From the NCBI GenBank assembly GCA_903895855.1, contig CAITVN010000080.1, forward strand, positions 48,092-112,091: a stretch of 64,000 nt of DNA, written 5' to 3'. A program made the position numbers and the translations under genes. Below the pieces are notes generated by a model. It did not search any database. It saw only the letters and a list, made by a program, of their open reading frames with translations, and was not told the DNA's origin. The stretch comes from Oligoflexia bacterium (GTDB taxonomy: Bacteria > Bdellovibrionota > UBA1018). Shown piece after piece: positions 9,344-18,145 of this stretch (within the stretch, counting starts at the first letter, position 1; every line of letters begins with the position of its first letter).

Positions 9344-9925
9344 CTATGAAGCAAAGTTCTTCGCAGCAAACTCCCAGTTAACAAGCTTCCAAAAACTTTC
9401 AACGTACTTTGCTCGTGCGTTCCGATAGTCAATATAATACGCATGTTCCCAAACATCACAAGTGAGAAGTGGTTTTTTTTGTTCAGTGAGTGGGCACCCT
9501 GCGTTACTCGTACTCACCACTTCTAAAGTGCCGTCAGCCTTCTTCACCAACCAGCCCCAACCAGACCCAAAAGTTCCGACAGTGACTTGATTGAATTTTT
9601 CTTGAAACGACTTGAACGATCCAAAACTTTGGTTAATTGCCTGAGCTAAAGCCCCTGTTGGCTCGCCGCCGCCTTTTGGTGATAGCGAATTCCAGTAAAA
9701 AGTATGGTTCCAAATTTGGGCTGAATTATTAAAAATTCCTCCCGACGATTTTTTGACAATTTCTTCGAGAGTCAAATTTTCGAACTCAGTTCCGACAATC
9801 AGCTTGTTGAGGTTATCAACGTAAGTCTGATGGTGCTTGCCGTAATGAAATTCTAAGGTTTCTGCGCTAATCACGGGCGCCAATGCATTTTTCTCGTATG
9901 GTAGTGGTGGTAATTGATGAGTCAT
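9344..9925 (-). CDS. Fe/Mn superoxide dismutase
   Basis: [33 protein letters not shown]-terminal signature; DVWEHAYY metal ligand motif; 193 aa. Confidence 0.9.
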   Translation of the reverse strand: MTHQLPPLPYEKNALAPVISAETLEFHYGKHHQTYVDNLNKLIVGTEFENLTLEEIVKKSSGGIFNNSAQIWNHTFYWNSLSPKGGGEPTGALAQAINQSFGSFKSFQEKFNQVTVGTFGSGWGWLVKKADGTLEVVSTSNAGCPLTEQKKPLLTCDVWEHAYYIDYRNARAKYVESFWKLVNWEFAAKNFAS

Positions 9926-9962
9926 CTTGCCCCTTTCTTAGGAAACCCAATGTGAACCGGTC

Positions 9963-11600
9963 TTAGCGAAGTGTAAAGAGCAATCTAATGTCTTCGTCAT
10001 CAAATGTTAAGCCTGCTCCGACCGTCCATGCAGTCTTACCATTCACCTGACGAAGAGATTCAAACCCGGCCTTCACATAGGCAGCCGCTAGCAACGACGG
10101 TTTTCCAATCCAAGGCTGAGTCTGAAAATTTAACCGAGCGTTGATCGGATTTCCGATACCTGGCGCATAAATATCGGTTCTAAACTGATACAGCCACTCT
10201 CGGTGATCAGGCCCAAATCCCATAGCAGCAGAAACACAGCCATCGCCGTGAAGCGCTCCCGCTGAAACATCCAGACGATCCCAAAGCACTTTACCCAACA
10301 TGAACGTCAGAACGGCAACTGACTGTTCAACTTTTGTCTCGTTTATGACCTTAGTCACCGTCGAAACAGTGCCATCAGCCGCAGTCGTGGTCGTCTGCTT
10401 GGTGGTCTGAGTTTGATTGTTGAGGCCGCGCGGATCAAAACTAATGCCCAAGAGGTAATAGCGATTGTGCTCTGGCCAGACCCCTAATCGCAACCAACCT
10501 CTACCACTGGTGTGTGCGGGATGATACTCTGAGCCAAAATCGATGATGAATTGAACTTTCTTCACTTTACCCAAAAGTTTATTCAATGATTCAGCAGCCT
10601 CAGAAACCTGATTGGCGTACTTGGGATCATTGAGCAGCATTCCGAGTGACCCTTCGCCTCGATTAACGCGAGTGAGCATGTCTCTTAACTGTTCAATGCC
10701 GTCTTCGAGTTTTGCCAAAGTTCTTTGCGCAGTCGTATTCAACCCGCCCTCAGGCGAAAGTGTTTTCGAAGCATTTTCTAAAGTCTGGTTGAGTTTAGTC
10801 ATGGTTTGCTTGAGCTCAACCGGATCAATGGCTTCTTTCAAGTTACCGGTCAACGTGTGCATTTCTTCGACAAGACTATCGACCTGGTTAACCACGTGAT
10901 CCATGTCTTTGTCTCGCTGCCCAACGGGAATTTCTCGCGCAGCAAAGCTTGAATGTGAGAGCATCGAAACCACCAATGAACCCAATAAAACTTGCTTGCT
11001 AAAAAGCCGATCTAGACGACTTCTTATTTGTACTGGTCGATTCACCGATTGTTCTCCTTTACCCGATTTGGGGTCTTCATTTGATAATTTTTCGAGCACT
11101 ATCCCTTTGAGCTGTTTCGAACGTTCTCCCGAACGATCCTTCAAGTGATCTCGAATTGGCGAGGATTTGGGTTCACCGGCCTTCTCGGGCTTCTCAGGTT
11201 TATCATTTTCTTTCAAATTACCTTCTACCCGTTTTGCCCCTGTGTATTTCACGGGCCTTAACTCAACAAATTTATCACCCAAGATTCCGTCAGCCCGAAT
11301 GTAAGCCGTGGTCTGAGCCAGAATTTCAACCGGAGCCGTAATGCAAATTCCGAGTTTTACGTGAGTTTCTGAGAGTTCAACGGCTTGAAGGTAACCGATC
11401 TCTAACCCAAGAGAGCGAATCGGGCTTTTCAGCTTTAGTCCGGTCGCATCTTCAACACTGATTTGAACCAGCTGACAAGGACGCCACCAAAACGGGCGAT
11501 CGTTAACAAAAACGGTGACCGCACCAATCAAAGCGATACCAAGTAATGTGAACACTCCGACCCGAAAACGGGTTTCAATGCTGGCTGAATGTGAACTCAT
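9963..11600 (-). CDS. mlaD: MlaD/MCE-domain protein with long C-terminal extension
   Basis: N-terminal TM then MCE fold region (VSVEDATGLKLKSPIRSLGLEIGYLQAVEL); immediately downstream of mlaE-like permease on same strand. Confidence 0.55.
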   Translation of the reverse strand: MSSHSASIETRFRVGVFTLLGIALIGAVTVFVNDRPFWWRPCQLVQISVEDATGLKLKSPIRSLGLEIGYLQAVELSETHVKLGICITAPVEILAQTTAYIRADGILGDKFVELRPVKYTGAKRVEGNLKENDKPEKPEKAGEPKSSPIRDHLKDRSGERSKQLKGIVLEKLSNEDPKSGKGEQSVNRPVQIRSRLDRLFSKQVLLGSLVVSMLSHSSFAAREIPVGQRDKDMDHVVNQVDSLVEEMHTLTGNLKEAIDPVELKQTMTKLNQTLENASKTLSPEGGLNTTAQRTLAKLEDGIEQLRDMLTRVNRGEGSLGMLLNDPKYANQVSEAAESLNKLLGKVKKVQFIIDFGSEYHPAHTSGRGWLRLGVWPEHNRYYLLGISFDPRGLNNQTQTTKQTTTTAADGTVSTVTKVINETKVEQSVAVLTFMLGKVLWDRLDVSAGALHGDGCVSAAMGFGPDHREWLYQFRTDIYAPGIGNPINARLNFQTQPWIGKPSLLAAAYVKAGFESLRQVNGKTAWTVGAGLTFDDEDIRLLFTLR

Positions 11601-11700
11601 CTCAAAATTCCTCTCAATTAAACACCCAAACTCTTACCCAAACATCACCACCGTCTACGGTTGAACATCACCGCAGCCTATGGCTGAAAATACCCCAACC

Positions 11701-12588
11701 TCAGCGCCCCAAAAGATCTGGAATCGCCATCAACGCTTTTCGATAAGGCAAAATCGAAGTCAAAAGATAATCAGTGGCCAAAATCCACAGTAAAGCCGTG
11801 ACTACCGTCGACCGGGTAGCATAACCAACGGCAGACGCTCCGCCTTCAGCTTTTAACCCATGAAAACAGGCAATCGTACTGAACACAAAGCCAAAACAAA
11901 TACTCTTAATGGTTATGTGCCAAAGGTCAATCGAATCAACCCACTTTGCATACACATCCCAAAAAATCGCATGATCAAGCCCCATCACTCCGCAGCCAAT
12001 GAACTCAGCAGCTAGTGAGCCGACTCCTGCAAAAAAAACGGCCAGAAGCGGCATCATCAGCGTACTCGCCACCACCCTCGGCATCACTAAAAATTCGATC
12101 GGGTCAATCGCCATCACTTCCAGGGCATCAATCTGCTCGCTCACTTTCATAGAAGACAACTCGGCGGCCATCGCGGCTCCCGCTCGCCCACTCACCATAA
12201 TAGAAGCCATTACTGGCGCCATTTCGCGAAATAAACTCACACCCACAGCACCACCCAACATCGCCTGGGCGCCGAAAATCTGAAAAGAAATGTACAATTG
12301 ATACCCAAGAACTGACCCCATAAAAAGAGAAGCGATAATCACCACGGGCATTGAGCTTACGCCCACAAACTCACACTGATGTAAAAATGAGTCCCAGCGG
12401 TAAAAGAACCGACGAAGCGCTTTCAGCGTTTGAGCAACGAATAGGGTGTAGTCTCCAAAACCAAGCGTCCACCCCTGTGCCATTGCAAAAAAAGAGTGAG
12501 TCGACTCACCCAAAGCCTCAACTGACTCTGTGGCCAGGTCGATTTCACCACTCGAACTCGGTTTGTCAGTTTTTCGATCTTTCGTCAT
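11701..12588 (-). CDS. mlaE: MlaE-family ABC transporter permease
   Basis: 295 aa, 5-6 TM helices, conserved MlaE/YrbE segments ([36 protein letters not shown]); no mlaF ATPase adjacent in window. Confidence 0.75.
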   Translation of the reverse strand: [295 protein letters not shown]

Positions 12589-12608
12589 GAATGAGAGGGT
12601 AAACTAAT

Positions 12609-12986
12609 TTGTTTGCAATTTCGAGTACTCTGAGCTTTTTTGTTTGGCATATGAGCTCAACCGTAAATTTGATACCGACACACATCGAACCCCACAACGA
12701 TCACGAAATGAAAATTGCCTGGAACGCAGGCGACTCTTACGCCCTTTCTTACGAAGAAATGCGCTTTCAGTGCCCTTGCGCCGGCTGCGTTGACGAGCAC
12801 ACCGGTAAACGCACCCTAAAGCGCGAAGCCATCCGAAAAGACATCAAACCCAAGGGAGTCGAACTGATAGGCCGCTACGCCATTTCGGTCGCGTGGAACG
12901 ACAACCATTCAAGCGGAATGCTAAACTTCGACCGCCTGCGATCACTGTGCGAAGAACACGGCAAACTTCTCGAATCGGCAGTTTAG
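12609..12986 (+). CDS. DUF971 (gamma-butyrobetaine hydroxylase-like N-terminal domain) protein
   Basis: FQCPCAGCVDEHTGKR zinc-ribbon-like motif and AWNDNHSSG typical of DUF971; start uncertain. Confidence 0.5.
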   Translation: MFAISSTLSFFVWHMSSTVNLIPTHIEPHNDHEMKIAWNAGDSYALSYEEMRFQCPCAGCVDEHTGKRTLKREAIRKDIKPKGVELIGRYAISVAWNDNHSSGMLNFDRLRSLCEEHGKLLESAV

Positions 12987-13026
12987 CACTGAAGGGATTA
13001 CGACAGGGCTAAACCTAGGGCTGTAC

Positions 13027-14640
13027 CTAGGGCAAGTGGGCCAGCACCTTCAAAACCCGAGAGATCGCCGCCTCGTCCAGCGGCCCCATGAGGTCTGGCT
13101 GATCGCCATCACTCACGCGACAGCACTCAAAGTAACCAGCCTGAGCTTCCTGGTACTGATTGACCAGATCTGCGCCTTGTTTCTGAAGCGTCACCTCCCA
13201 CGCAATCGCCACTCGTAGTTTTTCAGCGATTTCAGAACCACCTGCGCCCTTTGGAGTATCTATCGCCCCAGGCAGCCCAAAATGCGCGAGACTGATCTCG
13301 TTAACCAGTTGTTGCTGGGTTTGCTGATTCTTGATCGCAAGAGCTTCAATCCGAAGCAAACGTTCGCCCAAAGCCCCCAGCAAAGACGACAAGCGCTCGG
13401 CTTGTGAAGGTCCAAAAGTTCCTCCCAAATAGGCCCCAATCATACCCTCGGCTTCGGCCTCACTCGACTCTTTAGTGAAAGACCCTTGAACCGAAAGTTG
13501 GTACCCGCGGCCCTCATCTTCGAATCCTAAGGCCAGTTTAGCGGCGTGGTGATCATCAAAATTAGTTTCGTAGCTCGTTTTCAGCATCATCGAATAAAGT
13601 CGATTACCGCCAATACTGCCTTTGCGCACGTAGGCGTCAATGAGCCCATAGAAATCACCCTCTTTTGTCGGATCGCCGTGCGATTGAATGTATTTTGCCC
13701 CGGCGGTGAGTTCAACCTCCCAGCCGGCAACCGAACCCAGGTGTTCGAGCCATTGACTCGTCACCATCGCCTGAAACGACCGCACTTCGGCGTCTTCTTT
13801 TGAATCTTTTTCAGCATTCAAATGTTCAATTCCGCCAATGCCTAGCGAAACGTAACGACTAGACAAGCGCAAACCGTAATCAAAAGTTGGAGTCCATTTA
13901 AATCCGAGGTCTTCGACCCCACCGTACCAGCCCAGCGCAAATTTGCCGTCGCCCACGTTTACGATTTTTCCGCTCATTCGAAGAGTGAGATTATCGTTAG
14001 CCGCGTAGAGTGCGGCCACTGCAAGACCCAGCCAAATATCGTAGCGCACGATATTGCGCTTCCATCTATTCCACGCTTTTAGGTCGTTTTTTTCTGGAAA
14101 AAACGAAAGCCTCGACAAAATAAAGACACCCAGATCGACCACCTCTGAGGTCGAGAAATGATTGCCAAACGCTGAAGCGAGATTAGAAACCATCTCTTCA
14201 CTCGCTTTGTCGTTCAAGACAACCGGTATCGGGTTCTCGCCTAACGACTCGCCACCTGGCGGGGGGCTCGCAATTTCAAGATGCTGAAGGTGTTCAGCCA
14301 AGAAAGTGAACAGTTCCATTCTCAGTCGTGGCGGCAACGTGAGGAGCTTCGCCTGGGTTGAGCGTTCAAGCATCCACGGATCACCGACCATTTCGTCAAT
14401 CATCGCATCGTTGACCAACCAAGGGCGGCCTGAGAGCAAAATCAATAGGCGATGTTTAAAATCTTCGATCCCACGAAACTCATGCTTTAAACTAGGAGCA
14501 GTGAACCCCACACCTGTACCCGAACGAATGGCACCCGGCAGGTCGGCTCGCGCTTGAGTGATTGCCAATAGCAAGAAGAGCGTCGTGATGAGCACGACGA
14601 CAGAAACGAGACCACGGTTAATCAATGAGGCAATCCACAT
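13027..14640 (-). CDS. hypothetical membrane-anchored/secreted protein
   Basis: 537-aa ORF with N-terminal hydrophobic anchor (LVSVVVLITTLFLLLAITQARA); no recognised domain. Confidence 0.4.
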   Translation of the reverse strand: MWIASLINRGLVSVVVLITTLFLLLAITQARADLPGAIRSGTGVGFTAPSLKHEFRGIEDFKHRLLILLSGRPWLVNDAMIDEMVGDPWMLERSTQAKLLTLPPRLRMELFTFLAEHLQHLEIASPPPGGESLGENPIPVVLNDKASEEMVSNLASAFGNHFSTSEVVDLGVFILSRLSFFPEKNDLKAWNRWKRNIVRYDIWLGLAVAALYAANDNLTLRMSGKIVNVGDGKFALGWYGGVEDLGFKWTPTFDYGLRLSSRYVSLGIGGIEHLNAEKDSKEDAEVRSFQAMVTSQWLEHLGSVAGWEVELTAGAKYIQSHGDPTKEGDFYGLIDAYVRKGSIGGNRLYSMMLKTSYETNFDDHHAAKLALGFEDEGRGYQLSVQGSFTKESSEAEAEGMIGAYLGGTFGPSQAERLSSLLGALGERLLRIEALAIKNQQTQQQLVNEISLAHFGLPGAIDTPKGAGGSEIAEKLRVAIAWEVTLQKQGADLVNQYQEAQAGYFECCRVSDGDQPDLMGPLDEAAISRVLKVLAHLP

Positions 14641-15049
14641 AGATGAGTCGCGTCATATCACAACTAACCTGATTGAAACAGTCAATAATTAAAGTGTGTG
14701 ATTTCAATTGGTTGACAGACACATTTTCAGCGCGTTGCCAAAAAATTCAGGGATTTTCACCCTCGCGTTTTTCGGCTTTCTTTCAGGCAATCTTTCACCA
14801 TTCCTCGGCCATGTAGAACGGCAGCGCTCGGTCTGATCGTTCGGGCCGGCACTTAGCCCGATCACTGAATTGCTGCAATTGGCGCCCCGACTCGCCACGA
14901 AATCTCGCCGCGAATTCGCGGTTTCAAATCGCGTGTGAAGTCTCATTTGAAATCTTGACTAAAATCTCGAGATTTTTTCTTCTTGTCGATATCTTTATGC
15001 CATGACATAAGTATCAAATAACCATTGCCCCATCAAATTGTTAAATTTT

Positions 15050-15664
15050 ATGAAAAACAAACGTCGCCCATACCAACCCATTTTTCCGGGCTTTAACCGA
15101 ACGACTGCCAAAGGTGCCCACGGCGGAGACCATACCTACGGAAAACGCAAGACTAAGCGCCCCTTTGATCCCAAACAGGCCCTGCATGTCGTTTTAAAAT
15201 CAAGCAAAGCGAAGGGGCAGTACTCCATGCTACACCCGCAACACTGCAATCACATCCGCAAGCTCATGACTCGACTAAAAACCCGCTGGCAAATCGCTGT
15301 TTATCGCTACGCAAACGTAGGAAACCACTTACACCTTCTCATACGGGCAAAATCTCTCGCAGACTGGCAGGGGTTTATTCGCGAGTTTTCTGGTGGCATT
15401 GCGATGATTGTAACGGGTGCTAAGAAAAGTCATGGCCTAGCCCGCTCAAAGTCAAAAGAGGTTTGCGAGAGCGCTAAGCGCGGTTTCTGGGATCACCTCG
15501 TCTTCACGCGCATCGTGCGTTTCGGGAAAGACTTCATAGCAGTCGCTGAATACGTTTTAAAAAACCTTTGGGAGGCCGCTGGAATACCCGTTCGCAAATT
15601 TCTTGCTAACGGCTACCGGATTCTCGAGTTTGACGAAGAAGGTTTTGTCTTGGTCGCTGAATAA
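15050..15664 (+). CDS. REP-associated tyrosine transposase (RAYT; IS200/IS605-like Y1 HUH transposase, domesticated single copy)
   Basis: HUH motif GNHLHLLIRAKS; C-terminal FWDHLVFTRIV...DFIAVAEYVLKNLWEAAG matches RAYT catalytic-Tyr block (fWdh..R......YIhlNPVkaGLV); ATG 15050 (ORF track start 15038 is TTG). Confidence 0.65.
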   Translation: MKNKRRPYQPIFPGFNRTTAKGAHGGDHTYGKRKTKRPFDPKQALHVVLKSSKAKGQYSMLHPQHCNHIRKLMTRLKTRWQIAVYRYANVGNHLHLLIRAKSLADWQGFIREFSGGIAMIVTGAKKSHGLARSKSKEVCESAKRGFWDHLVFTRIVRFGKDFIAVAEYVLKNLWEAAGIPVRKFLANGYRILEFDEEGFVLVAE

Positions 15665-15859
15665 ATAATGAACTTCATTATTCGGCCGTCGCGAGGTTTT
15701 CGCGCGAAGATGCACCTCAACTTCGCGAACTTTTCATCAAGACGATTGTATCGTTTAATCGCGAAATCTCTACCTCGAAAGAAGAAACAGTTCGAACACT
15801 GATTGTCGATTTTTTTTCGCTTTAGGCGCGCTAATTCCTATGCGTGCTGTTCGAAGACC

Positions 15860-16234
15860 TCAAGGCATCAATTCGCCATTCCAGAGCAATTCAATAAACT
15901 TCTTAAATGGCAAAACAATGATGCCGTCGTCGGTCTTTCGAATTTCAGTCTCCAGGCAAACGACATATCGCGCCTTCAACGGGGCCTCTTTCATCAAAAC
16001 ACGCAATCCCGAAAATTCGTTCTCAGTGAGGCGTGATTTACCCTTCACCTCAATCGCGACGTTTGGCTCCCCTTCTTGGATGTGTGATTAGCTTACGAAA
16101 GGCTTCATTCTCTAACAATGAATAGGTTTTAATGCCACTGAACTGCTGCGCAATGAGCCTCGTTTTACCCGTTTGTCTTGGCCCCAAAAGAAGCTGCGAC
16201 TTCTGAGAGAGTAGATCATCACCGAGAGCAGTCG
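15860..16234 (-). pseudogene. internally deleted remnant of a COG1373-type ATPase (AAA_14 + DUF4143)
   Basis: minus-strand frame reads ...QLLLGPRQTGKTRLIAQQF (Walker A) then in-frame TAA at 16088-16090 then ...NVAIEVKGKSRLTENEFSGLRVLMKE... (DUF4143-like PD-(D/E)xK ExK block); only about 125 codons vs about 430 in intact paralog at 18146..19450; no N-terminal start. Confidence 0.5.
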
Positions 16235-16493
16235 TTTAATATTGGGGCCTAAGTTTTTGGTACTCAAAGGATCACCTCAAGAACCCAGAATATCACCTTG
16301 CCTCGCACATGACGGCGCTGTCGTCATATTTCTAGTAAAATTGACGACAGCGCCGTTACGCAATAAAAAAACTTAAATAACAGATAGTTAAGTGTGACGA
16401 CCACCAGAAAACGACATTAAAGAAGACTCGCCGACGAAGAGCTCCTATCAGACATCATGCGAGTGGTGAATTCGATGTGGTCTTTAAGAAAAT

Positions 16494-17096
16494 CTACTCA
16501 TCAACGTGCTCACTCACCGATTCGAGTTCGACCGAATCGACTTCGTCTTCCACTGCGTTTTGCGATAGCTGATCATGGGTGTCCCAATAACCTTTTTCAG
16601 TTTTAAGAGAATGCAAAACAAACAAACTTCCAGAGGCGTCGCCTATGGCATCATCCAGATACTGCAAAAATGTGCCATAAAGGCAAACTTCGCTTGAACC
16701 TTCTAAAAGTGATTTCCAACGAAGAAGGGTTTTTTCAGTGTCTAACTGAAGATCGGTTTCGGGTGAAAATGCGAAATACTCATCAGCTCTCTCAATAGTA
16801 ACCTGAGGCCAATCTGTCCACGCGTCGGTTAATTTTATTTGAGCTTTTTCGATCTTGACTTGGTCAACCCGAAAACACATCTCTCGACTGTAGGTTTCCC
16901 AGCCATTATGAGATTCACCAGCGCCACTTGTCGTTTGGCGACTTTGCTCATCAGTGAATTCAAAACCAACCTCATCAGAAGCCAATAACGAATTTTGGTC
17001 CAAGCTCAGCAAGGGGCTTGAAACAAATAGCAATGAAATTGGCAAAATGAGAAAAGCGTTTTTATTAATGTATTTACTCAAAGTTATTTTCCGCAT
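16494..17096 (-). CDS. secreted acidic protein, co-transcribed partner of SLT-domain protein
   Basis: 200 aa; Sec signal (NAFLILPISLLFVSSPLLSL); Asp/Glu-rich; 13-nt overlap with upstream SLT gene. Confidence 0.5.
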   Translation of the reverse strand: MRKITLSKYINKNAFLILPISLLFVSSPLLSLDQNSLLASDEVGFEFTDEQSRQTTSGAGESHNGWETYSREMCFRVDQVKIEKAQIKLTDAWTDWPQVTIERADEYFAFSPETDLQLDTEKTLLRWKSLLEGSSEVCLYGTFLQYLDDAIGDASGSLFVLHSLKTEKGYWDTHDQLSQNAVEDEVDSVELESVSEHVDE

Positions 17097-17971
17097 TTTT
17101 TTAGTGCCTCATCGTTCATCAAGAACGCCTTCATATTCTTCTCAACCTGCCTTGGGCCTTTATTAGAGAGGCCTTTGTATTCCTTGATCGCTTCTTCCCA
17201 ACTAGCCGAATGGCCAAGCTTTTGTGAAGCCCTTTCTCGCTTATAAATGAGCCATCTCACACCAGCGCAAATATTGTTATTGGGGTCATTCAGATCTGAC
17301 TTAGTCACATCTATATAGTGATCTTTTAGCTCACGTTTTTCATTTCCAAGAATTTTACGAGTTTCATTTGTAATTTGCATGAGCCCACGCGCGCTGTTGG
17401 AATTCTTCTTATTAGCAAGCTTGTTAGGATCAAATCCCGACTCGCTCGCAATGAGCGCTTTGACACAATTGGGTTCGAGCGGAATAGGAGGTTTCATGAC
17501 CTCATTCCAATACTGTACCCACCCCGCAATCAAGTCGTCATATTTACTGCCATTCTTAAACCTTAAAGGCAAAGGGCATGGCTTATCTTTCAGGCCAAAA
17601 AAGTTTTGCGTTGCAATCTCACTCATTTCTTCAGGATAGAGTTGATCTCTTCCTGAAGGATTATGCGCACAATGCTCATGCCTTGTTGTAGCTGAACCTG
17701 CAGGATCTTTCTTGCTCGGTGGTACATGCAATGAATGGGTTTTTACCCAATGTTGGCCATAAGGACAAACACGCCAAGGATGAATCTTTTCGTTAGAGAG
17801 CTTACCCTCTAAATGGATTTCTACTTGTTCTTCGTGAATAATCTTTTTGCTATTGGTTCTTCGATGCTTTTTTGAAGACTGTTTCGCTTCTGAACGCGTA
17901 CCCCGAAGGCCTCCGCCATTTTTTGCTCCCGCGTGTTCAGTTTTAGTTTTTAATCGTTTACTGAGCGACAT
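17084..17971 (-). CDS. lytic transglycosylase (SLT domain) with basic N-terminal region and Cys/His cluster, no signal peptide
   Basis: SLT family-1 motif ALIASESGFDP...ARGLMQITNET with catalytic Glu; N-terminal 110 aa K/R/H-rich incl. CPYGQH...HEHCAH; ATG at 17971. Confidence 0.7.
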   Translation of the reverse strand: MSLSKRLKTKTEHAGAKNGGGLRGTRSEAKQSSKKHRRTNSKKIIHEEQVEIHLEGKLSNEKIHPWRVCPYGQHWVKTHSLHVPPSKKDPAGSATTRHEHCAHNPSGRDQLYPEEMSEIATQNFFGLKDKPCPLPLRFKNGSKYDDLIAGWVQYWNEVMKPPIPLEPNCVKALIASESGFDPNKLANKKNSNSARGLMQITNETRKILGNEKRELKDHYIDVTKSDLNDPNNNICAGVRWLIYKRERASQKLGHSASWEEAIKEYKGLSNKGPRQVEKNMKAFLMNDEALKKCGK

Positions 17972-18145
17972 TTTATTGGCCCTCTTTGAATACCTTCGGG
18001 AATACCTTTCGAAAAGGTCTGGAGTACTATCCGACCAATCTACTGAATCGCAACTATTCTAGTCTTAAACCACAGCCTATTTCTGAGATCAAGGATAGCC
18101 TGAATGTCTCCAATGTAAACTCGCAACTTATCGAAAACAAAGGTG

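Noticed and set aside
9963-12588. Complete mla ABC transporter operon
   Set aside because: Only mlaE and mlaD-like genes present; the expected ATPase (mlaF) is not adjacent (upstream gene is a DUF971 protein on the other strand), so a full operon cannot be claimed from this window.
14641-15037. Searched this 397-bp gap (and other gaps over 100 bp: 11601-11700, 19451-19674, 23409-23770, 30195-30309, 49879-50352) for tRNA, tmRNA, SRP, RNase P signatures
   Set aside because: No GGTTCGA(A/T)TCC-type T-loop, no SRP GGAAGCAGCC motif, no cloverleaf-compatible acceptor stems found by eye; cannot exclude small RNAs without covariance models.
15685-15706. cgcgaggttttcgcgcg palindrome downstream of the RAYT gene as a third copy of the 50-bp core
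   Set aside because: Only a 9-10 nt partial match (ttttcgcg) to the core; not enough to call homology.
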